This document shows, in pieces, positions 1 through 14,250 of a DNA stretch of 64,000 nt; position 1 is the stretch's first letter, and each line of letters opens with the position of its first letter. The translations under genes were made by a program, and so were the position numbers. The stretch comes from Sphaerodactylus townsendi (taxonomy: Eukaryota). The DNA is taken from assembly GCF_021028975.2 (NCBI RefSeq), contig NC_059430.1, forward strand, positions 101,246,001 to 101,310,000, read 5' to 3'. The notes under the pieces were generated by a model, which was given only the letters and a program-made list of their open reading frames with translations, did no database searches and had not been told where the DNA came from.

Positions 1-137
1 ATGCAGAATAATGCACTTTTAATCCACTTTCACAATTGATTGCAAGTGGATTTTGCTATTCCGCACAGTAAAATCCAGATGCAAAAAGCACTCGAAGTGG
101 ATTGAAAGTGTATTATTCTGCATGTGTGGAAGGAGCC
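1..137. mobile_element. Palindromic MITE, PIF/Harbinger-like, left end cut by the window edge
   Basis: ATGCAGAATAATGCACTTTTAATCCACTT at 1 is the near reverse complement of AAGTGGATTGAAAGTGTATTATTCTGCAT at ~95-123. Element ends GAGCC followed by TAA. A related copy lies at 7391-7520. Confidence 0.65.
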
Positions 138-294
138 TAAGTGGTCCTTATTTAGAATCATGCCCACTATTGCTAGAATTCCAATAGCTTGGAATGGATT
201 TAATAGCTTGCTACTGTCACGTAGCAGAAAGAAGCCAAAACATTATTATAAAGATAACAGACCTTTCAGTAATACAATAGTAAAATATAACAAT

Positions 295-460
295 GGTAAA
301 GGTAAAGATAATTCTCTGTGGAAACATGGGGTGACATCACATCATGATATTTATTAGGCAGACTATGTTTATGGGGCAGTTTGCTGTTGCCTTCCCCGGT
401 CATCTCCACTTTACCCCCCAGTAAGCTGGATACTCAGTTTACCAACCTCAGAAGGATGGA
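295..460 (-). mobile_element. Sauria-type SINE fragment
   Basis: GGTAAAGGTAAAG tail and CTGGATACTCAGTTTACCAACCTCAGAAGGATGGA body, resembling the Sauria SINE consensus as I recall it. Confidence 0.55.
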
Positions 461-816
461 CAGCCACCCGGCAATCTTGAGCAAGCTATATTTATATGTT
501 ATGTTAGATTAACTGAGTTCTTTCAAATCCAGGACCTGGTCTCCCCGACAATGCACATTCTCACTACAACAAAAAAGGATAAAGAGATGTTCTCTTGAGC
601 AGCCTGGACCACATACAAGAGTGGAGCAATTATTATAAACTCCTTTGTAAACATTACAAAACAACTGCCCATGAACAACATTCTCTAGCACATCAACCCA
701 TGAACAACATTCTCTAGAAAAAGGACATTATTTGAACAAATGGGTGAGTATAACAGAAAACCCATACTAACAATAAAATTTGCAGATAGCCCAAGGATAG
801 CCTGATCTCTTCAGAT

Positions 817-987
817 TTCAGAAGCTAACAGGATGGACCATGGCCTGGGTAGTGATTGGAGACCTCCAAGGAATACTAGTGTCGTGACATGGAGACCAGA
901 AATGGCAAATCACCTCTGTTAAGTCTCTTGCTTTGACAACCCTACTAGGTCACCATAAATCAGCTGTCACATGATGGCAAAAAAAAA
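817..987 (+). mobile_element. 5S rRNA-headed SINE with RTE-type tail
   Basis: Head GCCTGATCTCTTCAGATTTCAGAAGCTAA...GGAGACCTCCAAGGAATAC resembles 5S rRNA. Tail AATGGCAAATCACCTCTG...GTCACCATAAATCAG. Five more copies in the window. Confidence 0.7.
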
Positions 988-1521
988 TTCTGATGGCAAA
1001 ATGAAATTTTTACATAGTGCTAACATAAAAGCTGTCCTACAAGGCAGTATAAATCACTGCATTTACAGATATGGTTTGTCATTTGATGAGTTAATTGGGA
1101 AGTCATAATGAAAAATAAAATTGAAGATTCCTGAACTGCAGGAGAATGGAAGTTATTTGTTGTTATAATAATCATGGTGGGCTGGTGACATGGAACCCAC
1201 ATTCACGAGGATAAACAAAATGGCTCCTCCTCTTCATGCCATTCTGCCACTGTTCTCAGTAATAGGTACAGCTGTATTCCCTGAGAAAGATTTTGGACCT
1301 TTAAAATTGCCCAGCAGATAGAAATTTAGCAAATATGCAGTTATATAGGAGCTTCTGTCAGAAAAACAGTGGCAATTCTGACTTCTCCTGAAATGAGCCT
1401 GCGTTGTTTTGTCAGTAAAATAGAAAGCTCTATCAACATAGGGCAGCAATGCTCTCTTTAGCTACTTCTGAATCTCTCAGTATTTGTCATGTATACCCAC
1501 TACAAACACAGTAACTTGGAC

Positions 1522-1729
1522 AGCCAGTATGGTGAAGTGGTTAGCATATCTGACTGGTTCGAGTCAGCCATGGAAGCTTGCGTGGTCCAGTCACACACAC
1601 TCTGCCCTAACCTACCTCACAGCTTTGTTCTGAGGATAAAATGGAGGGAAGGAAAACAATGTAAACCGCTTTAAGTCTCCATTGGGGTGAAGGGTAGAGT
1701 ATAAATAAAGTAAGTAAATAAACAAATAA
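1522..1729 (+). mobile_element. tRNA-derived SINE (Squam3/MIR-like)
   Basis: AGCCAGTATGGTGAAGTGGTTAG head, CCTAACCTACCTCAC...GAGGATAAAATGG core and TAAA-repeat tail. Confidence 0.6.
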
Positions 1730-1819
1730 TCTTCCACTGAAAGTCACAGCCTAGTAGGCTTTTAATATTAGTATCAATGTCTTAATATTGACACTGAAAA
1801 TCTCCATTTATCAATTAGA

Positions 1820-2940
1820 TCACAGTTGATGCGGTTGCCGCCCCGGCGGCTCTCCAGCATTGTTTGGAGGCGGTAGCTGGTTGGTTGCAGCAGAGCAGGT
1901 TGCAACTGAATCCATCGAAGACGGAGATCCTCTGGCTAGGCCGCAGGGGTGAGGCTGGGGGTTTCCAGCCGCCGGTGTGGGAGGGGGTCTCATTGGCGCC
2001 GACCTCCTCCGTTCGCAGTCTGGGGGTCCACCTGGATTCGTCTCTTTCAATGGAGACCCAGGTGGCCCATACAACCCGGACTGCATTTTTCCATCTTTGT
2101 CAGGCCCGGCAGTTGGCTCCCTTCCTCTCCCGGGCGGATCTGGCCACTGTGATCCATGCAACGGTCACCTCCAGGCTGGACTTTTGTAACTCGCTGAACG
2201 CCGGCCTTCCCTTGCGTTTGATTCGGAAGTTAAAACTGGTTCAACATGCGGCAGCACGCCTGCTCACAGGAGGCGCCTTCAGAGAACACATCCAGCCTGT
2301 GTTGCGGCAGCTGCATTACTGGGCTTCCGCTGAATCTCCCAATCATCTTCAAGGTGTGGGTTTTGACCTTGCTAAGGCTTTTGCGCCGCCTGGGGCCCTT
2401 CGTGGACTGGGACCGGTGATCACCCCATATGTCCCAATTCGGCCTCTGCGCTTCTGCAGAGGCCGCAATCTGCTGGTGGGTCCCCGGCCCCTCTATGATG
2501 CGATGCTGGCCTCCACGCTGGCCACAGGACTTTTCACGGCACTGGCCCCGGCCTGGTGGAACACCCCTTCCTCCAGCTGTCATTGGCCCTGCGGGACTCT
2601 GGGTGAGTTCCTTTGCGAGGGCCTGTAAGCACCGTGCTGTTCCACCGGGCCTTTGGAGTGGCTAGGCTGCTAATATGGTGCTCCCCCTTCACTTGCTCAC
2701 TGCCTGGGGCAGTTACATCAGGGTCCCCTCATATGAGGAGCCCCACTGCCCCCCCCCCCCATGGAGGTAGGTTTTAAATTGGGGCCGGACGCCTCCTGTT
2801 TATTATGTATTATGGTTATTCACTGTTTTTATGAGTTTTAAGTTATTTTATGGGATGGAGCCTATGTATTTATATTTGTATGATTGCTCCTGTTGATATT
2901 TAGATAATGTTGTTCACCGCCCGGAGCCCTCCGGGGATCG
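1820..2940 (+). mobile_element. L2 LINE, 5'-truncated (C-terminal part of ORF2 and 3' UTR), running into an N gap
   Basis: ORF 1864..2628 reads LQLNPSKTEILW...VRSLGVHLDSSLSM...VTSRLDFCNSL..GLP...KLKLVQHAAARLLTG...HIQPVLRQLH, which is typical of L2-clade ORF2. Confidence 0.9.
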
Positions 2941-3100
2941 NNNNNNNNNNNNNNNNNNNNNNNNNNNNNNNNNNNNNNNNNNNNNNNNNNNNNNNNNNNN
3001 NNNNNNNNNNNNNNNNNNNNNNNNNNNNNNNNNNNNNNNNNNNNNNNNNNNNNNNNNNNNNNNNNNNNNNNNNNNNNNNNNNNNNNNNNNNNNNNNNNNT
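2941..3100. other. Assembly gap (160 N)
   Basis: Run of N. Confidence 1.
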
Positions 3101-3794
3101 TCTCACAATATTGCAATTTTGCATTACATTTAATTGATTGTTTAATTGTCATGGTCCTTTCTGGGGTTTCTCTACCATTGCATTGGTTTATTTTTGGGGT
3201 CCTCCCCCGTATGGAGGTTTCTGTGCTTGGTTTTTGTTATAAACTGGACATAAATTGGGGGCGAGGGAAACCCAGCTGGTTCATCAGCAGCTATCTGTGA
3301 ATGTGTATTGAGTCACTCGAAAGAAAAGGAAACTTGAATTCCTGACCATTTTCGTCAGCAATAGCCCATGTAATATGATGACAGAGAGAACAAGCTGTGA
3401 TATGGATTGTTGCCGGTACAAATCTGACATCTTCAATTAACAAACTTGGCAGCCTGAGGCAGGCCACTTAGTCCTACTGTCATCCCTCCATGAATCACTA
3501 ACACAGCCCTATCTTAAAAGGTTGTTGTAAGAGTTACATAAAATAGACAGTGCTTGGACCACCCTAAAGTGCTATAAGTTGCCAAGTATTACTATTTAGG
3601 CCTATGTTGTCAAATATTTCATAGTATTTGCAATTATTTCACGGTTTGCATTGGGCCCCTCCCAAATTTTTCCTTCTGTCGCCTTTACTTTCTTTTCCTC
3701 TTTTAATTGTCCCTGATGTATATATTTTGGTACTGATGTCCTGGTATAATGTATATAACCAATACTTTAGTTTGATAAAGGTATTGTACATTAC

Positions 3795-4036
3795 CAGCCA
3801 GAGTGGTGTAGCGGTTAAGAAAAGAGGACTCTAAACTGGAGAACCAAGTTTGATTCCCCAGTCCTCTACATGAAGCCTGTTAGGTGACCTTGTGCTAATC
3901 AAAGTTTTCTCAGAACTCCCTCAGCCCCACTTACCTCACAAGGTGTCTCTGTTGGGGGGGCAGGGAGGGAAGATGATTGTAGACTTTGAGACTGCTTTCG
4001 GTACAGAAAAGCAGGATATAAAAACTAACTCTTCTC
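3795..4036 (+). mobile_element. Squam3-like tRNA-derived SINE
   Basis: AGCCAGAGTGGTGTAGCGGTTAAG...CTGGAGAACCAAGTTTGATTCCC head; same family as 28266-28561. Confidence 0.7.
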
Positions 4037-4895
4037 ATTTGTGTAATAGTAGAGGTTTATTTAATATTCTAATATATATCTTAAAGTGGAGCAGAGGAGA
4101 TGTAGAAGAAGTCTGAACAGTAGCTTTAAAGGCTTTTAATAGACATTGCCCCCCCTCCCTTTTTTTCAGTTTGCACCCAACTTTTCAACCTAAAAATCTC
4201 CAAAGATGCACACAACATATTTGGAACAAGTACATTTGATACAAAATTAAAATCATGATGCAGTCATCAAATGAAACGTATTTGAAAGATGGAGATAACG
4301 TCTATTCATAACCTCACAAGACATCTCACAAAAAGAAAATGATTTACCCCATACTCAAGGATCCAGTGGAGCAGATGCAGCAGATCTCCTTCAGGAAGGA
4401 ATCCCACAAGTGGGGGACCCTCTCCTGAGGTTCAAAACCACCATCCATCTTGTTTCCTTTCTGCATTACAAGAACCATACTGAATTTTGCCACTTACCTG
4501 TTACTTAGGAGGCCAGAAACCAACTTTCCTCTGATTCCCAACTTGAAAGGTAGAGATCATTTGATAGAATTCATCTTTTTTATCCAGAGCACAGGCAGCT
4601 CCTTCCACAACAGGGCGACTCAAACGATATTCACCTTCTATCTCTCTTGCCGCCTACCCTGCTGATTTCCATTCCTTTGAGGGCTTTGTGCAGAGAGCTC
4701 TAGAAGCTTGTTCTCAGCACTAGTGTGACCACAAAAAGTTCCAAAACTGCACCGAAAAACACAAAGGCTTCCTGCCAGCCTCAACCCTGACTCTTGCAAT
4801 GCAGTTCTAGAACAGGATGGTGCTGTTGGCTCCATCTTGGCCTCTGAATCCACACTATGTGGACCACCCAGGGAATATCTGAGAGTAACCAGTTC

Positions 4896-4996
4896 CGGTG
4901 GTGGGATACAAATAATTTAACAACTGGTTGTTTACAAGCACCATTTTAACAACCAGTTCTGCCAAAGTGTTGCGAACCAGCTGAATCCCACCACTG
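4896..4996. mobile_element. Short hAT MITE (CAGTGGTGGGAT TIR family)
   Basis: CGGTGGTGGGATAC...AATCCCACCACTG; closely similar to 27491-27591. No TSD retained. Confidence 0.75.
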
Positions 4997-5122
4997 GGTG
5001 TGGTAGACAAAACATCAAACTTCAACTGGGAGATCCTGGTTCAAATGTCCACATGACCACAAAGCTCACTGGGCCATTTTGAGGCAGTTCAGTCTCTCTC
5101 AGCCTAACCAACCTCACATAGC

Positions 5123-5323
5123 TAAGGTTGCCCACTGTGGCTTGGGACATTCCTGGAGTGGAGCCTGGGTTGGGGGAGGGGGAGGGGGAGGATATCCACG
5201 GGGTATGCCATAGAGGCCACCCTCCAAAGCAGCCATTTTCTGTAGAGGAAGTGATCTCTGGGGACTGGAGATGAGTTATAATTTCAGGAGTTCTCGAGAT
5301 CCTACCTGCAGTTTGGCAACCTT
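5123..5323. mobile_element. hAT (Blackjack-like) MITE with TAGGGTTGCCA-type termini
   Basis: TAAGGTTGCC...GGCAACCTTA ends. Body CCACCCTCCAAAGCAGCCATTTTC shared with ~17833-18050 and 42696-42901. Confidence 0.65.
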
Positions 5324-5397
5324 AGTGTAGCAGCTTTAAAACTACAGATTATCATAACAGGTTTCCTGGGCTAACGGATGTCTCATTGGGATGAACG

Positions 5398-5756
5398 CAG
5401 TGCTGGATTTAACTATAGGTCTGGCAGGCTAAAGCATAGGGCCTCAAAATCTAGGGGGTCTCCAGCCAATGTGTATAATATTTTTGATGCTGCCTTTCAT
5501 ACACATTCTGTCATAATGCTCTGTAGTCTCTTAACAACCCTTCAGTAATTTTCAATCACTACAGTATTTAACAATAACATTTTATGTCCTTTAGAGAAGG
5601 AACTGTGAATTACAGAATGTTAAGCACCCATCATCATCCCCAGCTTTACTCAGTTTTGTTTAAAACACTCTTCCATCTTCCTCTAAGGGTGGGGGACTGG
5701 GAGGGGCCATGCAAGTGGAATAGCCTAGGGCGTCTCTACATCTACATTCGGCAGTA
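5398..5756. mobile_element. Degraded hAT (Tip100-like) non-autonomous element
   Basis: CAGTGCTGGATTTA at the left and degenerate TACATTCGGCAGTA at the right, with subterminal CCTAGGGC/TAGGGCC motifs. Confidence 0.4.
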
Positions 5757-5771
5757 GATTAACATTGTGCA

Positions 5772-6318
5772 TGTCATGCCCACACAGAGGCTTTTGTTAT
5801 TTCCCCGATTCAGTTTCCCCATAGTTAGCATGGTTTTAGTTCATTGTTAAGTCTTCTAAGGGAGGGTATTTTAGTTAGCCACTGTCCCTTTAAGACATTT
5901 CCCAATAGGCAGTTTCCTTTCTTTACCCAGCAATCCCCTGTTTTAGTCCTAGCCAGTCAGAGTGAGGTGCTAAGGGTAGTTGGAGACTGGAATATTCGTG
6001 ATGTACATATTAGTATATGGTGGTCCATAAAGCACAAGTTAAGTTTAACAGCAGTTAGAACTAGACAAAGACTGAAAGAACTGAAAGGAAGCAAGACACA
6101 GTGGACTTTCTTGAAAGCTGCCAAGAGAAGACACAGTCTACAAACCTACTCAAGACAAGCAAGTACTCTGATTTAGATAGACCCAAGGGAGAAGTTAGGG
6201 TCTTTATTCTCTCCAGTAATAAACCTATTGTTGAACTGTTGAACCTGGCTTGTGCCTCCCCCATCTATCCTAGCCAATTACAGGGCACCAAAAATAGATT
6301 CACTTGGGGGGCAGAACA
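5772..6318 (+). mobile_element. Solo LTR (547 bp), probably Gypsy-type
   Basis: Starts TGTCATG and ends AGAACA. Perfect 5-bp TSD GTGCA at 5767-5771 and 6319-6323. Internal AATAAA at 6218-6223. Confidence 0.8.
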
Positions 6319-7390
6319 GTGCATTTTTACACCGAGGGCTCCAGTTCTAGAGGGCTTGATGTGACCATAAAACCTCTCTTCTCCTTCAGCTTCTAGCCTG
6401 AGGAAGGTTATGGCAGACTTGAATGCTTGTACACACGTTGATGTCATTGTAGCTGGTCTCAATAAAGGAATGATGTGGACCATGGTTTCTTTCTCCATTT
6501 TGATTTGGACAATATTGCTGCAAACATCCTTTTGTTCCATGAATCATCCAGCTTTGAAAGTGCTGGAGGACTCTCCTTTTTGTTTCAAGAAGCAAGGATC
6601 AACGCGGGTCACTGCTGACGTCCGTAATTGCTTTGACATAAGAGCTTTTTCTTCCCATATAGAGCAGGAAATTCAAACACAGATGCAGAGTGTGGGAGAG
6701 AGCAAGTGGGTGGAGGCAGAATAGCTAGGTCAGAAAGGCTAGAAAAGATGACAGTACAAAAGAAATAAAAACGAGAGGGTGGGGAGGGAAGAGGCACCAT
6801 TCATGTTTTAAACAAAGTACAAAACACAGGTGCATCATGGTGTGTGTGTGTGTGAGAGAGAGAAAGTGGGGGTCCTTTTCTATCTCTGCTTCCTTCTCTT
6901 GCCAAACCTAACCTCTCTGCTACTGAAAGGACCACAAAAGTACTGTTTGTGGCTTAAAGAGTCAAAACCCAACAGTAAGGGATAGGGAAGGTAGGAAATG
7001 GTGCAAAATATGCACATGTGCCCATTTAATGGTTGCAACCTTCTACTGAGTGAAAAAAGGAATAAAAAGATTTCCAGTTGAATCCCTTAAGATCCCCATT
7101 CGGCTATTACAACTGATTTCCACGCAATAAAGATCCGCTCCCCTGGAAAAAATGGCAGCTTTCAAAGGTGGACTATGCCATTATACCCTGTTGTAGTCCA
7201 AATCTCCAGATATTTCCTAGGTTCTGATTGGCTGTTAGAGATTTGGTTGGCCATACATTTGCTTTTGGCAGCAGCTGCCATCACAGCACAAGGCTCTTTA
7301 CTACGTGACAGAAAGGAAGCTATTGCAAGCATTTTATGCCTGGCTGGCTCTGACCTCTGTGGTAGCTATTTTGTGGCAGCCATGGTGTGG

Positions 7391-7520
7391 CACACGCAAA
7401 ATAATGCATTTTCAAACCACTTTCACAACTGTTTGCAAGTGGATTTTGCTATTCCGCACAACTTCAAAGAGCACTGAAAGCAGTTTGAAAGTGCATTATT
7501 TTGCATGTGCGGAATGAGCC
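7391..7520. mobile_element. Palindromic MITE, same family as 1-137
   Basis: Inverted arms GCAAAATAATGCATTTTCAAAC / GTTTGAAAGTGCATTATTTTGC and shared centre GCAAGTGGATTTTGCTATTCCGCACA. Confidence 0.7.
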
Positions 7521-9457
7521 ATAACGTCCTGAAGGGGGCTTGTTTTTTTCAAGCTAAGGGGCCTTGAACTTGTATTTTATCACAGAATTAAGCCCACTGA
7601 GCCAGAAATATCTCCGTCAGCCAAGAGTTGTCCCAAAGGCTGACAGTCACATAAACTAGAAAGCACAGGCCATGTGCTCCAAAGGGTTTCTTTCAGAGCA
7701 CACAAGAGAAAGAATGACTAGCTCAGAGGAGCCCTCCCACCAGTGTTTCTGAATGAGTCAGGAGACACCTGCGGAGAGCAACAAATGGGAGATCTCAGAT
7801 AGGATTGCGGGGGAGGGGGGGCGTTAAGGGCCACACAGCTGCCAGAAGAACCTGAACTGAGTCAGGGATCCTCCACACCATTTTGAAAATGTAAATCATC
7901 TTCCAAATATGCCGTTCTGAGGGCCCATGCAGCAAAATGTGGGCTCAGAACCAGACAGAATAAATACCATGCATTTCCTTTCACTCATAAGATGCAAAGT
8001 GTCAGTTTGTGAAGCCTCAATTTGCCTCAGCTATCATCAGTTTAAAGGAGAAAACCCTGCTTGGAGGAAGCCGGTTTCTAATAGCAAAAGGACTGGAGCC
8101 AGTCAAAGTAAATTGTTCCTTGGTCTGTGAGCCTCAGTTCTGTCTCCTATGTGGCATGCCAAAGTCTGAGGCAACGAGGGGTCGTTCCTAGCACCTCAGC
8201 CTTGAGACCCCTTTAACTGGAGCTGTTGCCAGGGATTGAATCAGGAACACTCTGCTTGCAAAACCTATTCTTGTAATAAAATGCAAGTTCGGAGCCCCGT
8301 TAGTTTGAAAAAGCAAGCCCTCTTCAGGACATTTTTGTTTTGTCTCCAAAGCATCACAGTTACCTAAACCAGATGCCGCAAATTTGTTGAGCTTGTGGGA
8401 TTTCCTAACAGGGTGATAACCACTACAAGAAATTTAAACTGAGCAAGCTGTGTAGAGGGGAAAGCGTTCAGTTCCATCTGGGGATGAATAATTCAAGCCC
8501 ACAGATTAGGGTGAGGCAAGACCACAGCCATGTTGGTATACGTATTAGGCTGCTCAGAGCCTCCCTATTCTAAAATGCCCTTGGTGTCTTAGCCCTATCA
8601 ACAATGGGGGCAGGGAAGGGACATATGCATTGCCTGACTAATTTGGCGTTAGGCTTGTGTGGCAGGAAGTGCAGCAGAAGCAGAATATCTCCCTGGCAAA
8701 GCCATCTGCAGTGTTGGATCTGACTTTGTCTGTGGGCTTCTTTTCTTTCTACTGTGGAGGACTCTGTGCCATCTAGTAGTGTGATGCACCAAGTCCTCCA
8801 GAGGAAATAGCTTCTTTAGAGGATGGACACTAAGGCATTATACTGAGGTACCACCCCTCCTCAAAACCCTCCCTCCCCAGGCTTCGATTCACTCTCTAAG
8901 AATTTTCCAATCCAGAACTGGCAATACTCATGTCCCTCCATTCATGCAACTGCTGCCTAGCTCAAAAATGGGTCATTTCAGGAAAGAAGAGGTATTGGCC
9001 TATTATGCCATGCTCCCACTTGGGGTAGCAAAAAATGTTAGGCCAGTCCTCTGCCTTCCAGGCATAATTCTGAGTTTCCATGTCCAATAGCAGTTTGACC
9101 TCCACTAGTTTTCAAGATGTTACACTGAATGCAATTCAGCAATTAACTTTGAACCTTCAAACTCAGAACAAAAGTTTCGGCACAAGATAGAGGATAACTT
9201 CCTTTATTTCTGGACAACAGGCCCAGCCCAGTCCCTCCACCCATTGTCAAGAAGGCTAGAAGCAAGTGGCGTCTTTGAAACATCATGCTTTAATAGGCCC
9301 ACGATGGTGAACAATTACAAGCAGACACACCTATTGTATCCACAAGCTGCTGCTCTGATAGTATTGCAATTTTCAGATAGCAGAATCCAACTGATGCTGG
9401 AAGGCAAAGCAGGTAAATTCCAGTGAATATTGCAGCTGTGCTATGCAAGGGAATCTA

Positions 9458-10075
9458 GTACCCCAGAGAACAGAGTCAGAATTCAAAATGACCTGGACAG
9501 GTTAGAGAGCTGAGCCAAAACAAACATGAATTTCAACAGAGATTAAAAAAAATGAAATGCACAAATATCAGATGCTTGAAGACACCTGGCTTGAAGACAC
9601 TACATGCAAAAGGGATCTGGGAGTCTTAGTAGACCACAAACTGTCAATGGTGTGATGTGGCAGCCAAGAAAGCCAATGCAATTCTGGGCTGCATCAATAG
9701 GAGAATAGTGTCTAGATCGAGGGATGTAATTGTACCTCTCTATTCTGTATTGGTTAGATCTCACCCAGAATACTGTGTACAGTTCTGGGCACCGCAATTA
9801 AAGAAGGATATTGGCAAGCTGGAACGGGTCCAGAGGAGGGCAACCCAAATGGTAAAAGGTCTGGAATCCATGCCCTATGAAGAGAGGCTTAGGGAGCTGG
9901 GGATGTTTAATCTGGAGAAGCAAAGGTTAAAGGGGGAATGATAGCTATGTTTAAATATTTGAAGGGATGTCGTGTCAAAGAGGGAGCAAGCTTGTTTTCT
10001 GTGGCTCCAGAGGCTAGGACCAGGAGCAATGGGTTCAAAGTGAAGGAAAAGAGAATCCACCTAAACATCAGGAGC
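9458..10075 (+). mobile_element. CR1 LINE fragment (ORF2 C-terminus, degraded)
   Basis: ORF 9657..9941 reads [14 protein letters not shown]...[23 protein letters not shown]...LERVQRRAT. Confidence 0.9.
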
Positions 10076-10303
10076 AATCTGTCTACAAGTTGAGAAGGCA
10101 AGTACCAGCAGCTAAAGCAAAATACTTGGCTGTCTTGGGGGTTCTTGCAAAGTCATCAAATGACCCCAGCAAAACGAGGCACAAAACAGAACACAGCACA
10201 TTTGCCAAAAAGCCCCCACCCCCTCCTTCCTACCTGCCATACATAAAGCCTTTCAGGTCCCAGGGGAAATTCCAGTTTTTACAACACCACAGCAGAGCAG
10301 ACA

Positions 10304-10309
10304 TTTATT
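10304..10309 (-). terminator. Candidate polyadenylation signal of FAM167B
   Basis: AATAAA on the - strand, ~475 nt after the stop codon. Confidence 0.5.
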
Positions 10310-10782
10310 CAATTTTCCTGCCTTGTTGCAGAGGTTGTGTTATTCACTGTAATGCTTAATGCACCCATCATGGACATCTGCTTAACAGATCCTGTTCAGG
10401 GCAGGATCCAATTGTAATCAACTGACAGCTTTCAAGCTATTAATCGCCCCAAAGTCTTGTCCCCTGGCCCCATTGCTTAATGCAGGCCTTCAGTGGAAAG
10501 GGGGCAGGCCCATGTCAAGTTATTTTGTCACCTCAAGCAGTGCTGCAAAAATTTGGTTTGGACCTGACTGATTCTGGCCCAGTCCTAGGAAGAGATGCTA
10601 GTTGCTTCCTGTGGCTGAAAGGGAGCAAAACCCCTGCCGCGCATCAAGGCCCTCTGTCTCATGCTATCCCTGACAGTCACCTGGGTGATTTGGCTGGAGA
10701 AGAAACCCTGGAAGAAATGCCTGTTCTTTTTCAAAGCACGTGAGGGCCAAAGCAAGGCCTAGGCTGGGACACAGCCAGCCCC

Positions 10783-14250
<3,468 letters not shown>

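Noticed and set aside
668-717. 21-bp direct repeat CCCATGAACAACATTCTCTAG with an 8-bp spacer
   Set aside because: Only two units; a simple local duplication, not an array or CRISPR.
1864-2628. 254-aa ORF as a host gene
   Set aside because: It is an L2 ORF2 remnant whose 3' part drifts out of frame.
6398-6428. Hammerhead-like CUGAGGA-stem-GAAU-GCUU
   Set aside because: The core GAAA is mutated and stem I is unconvincing; at most an old PLE relic.
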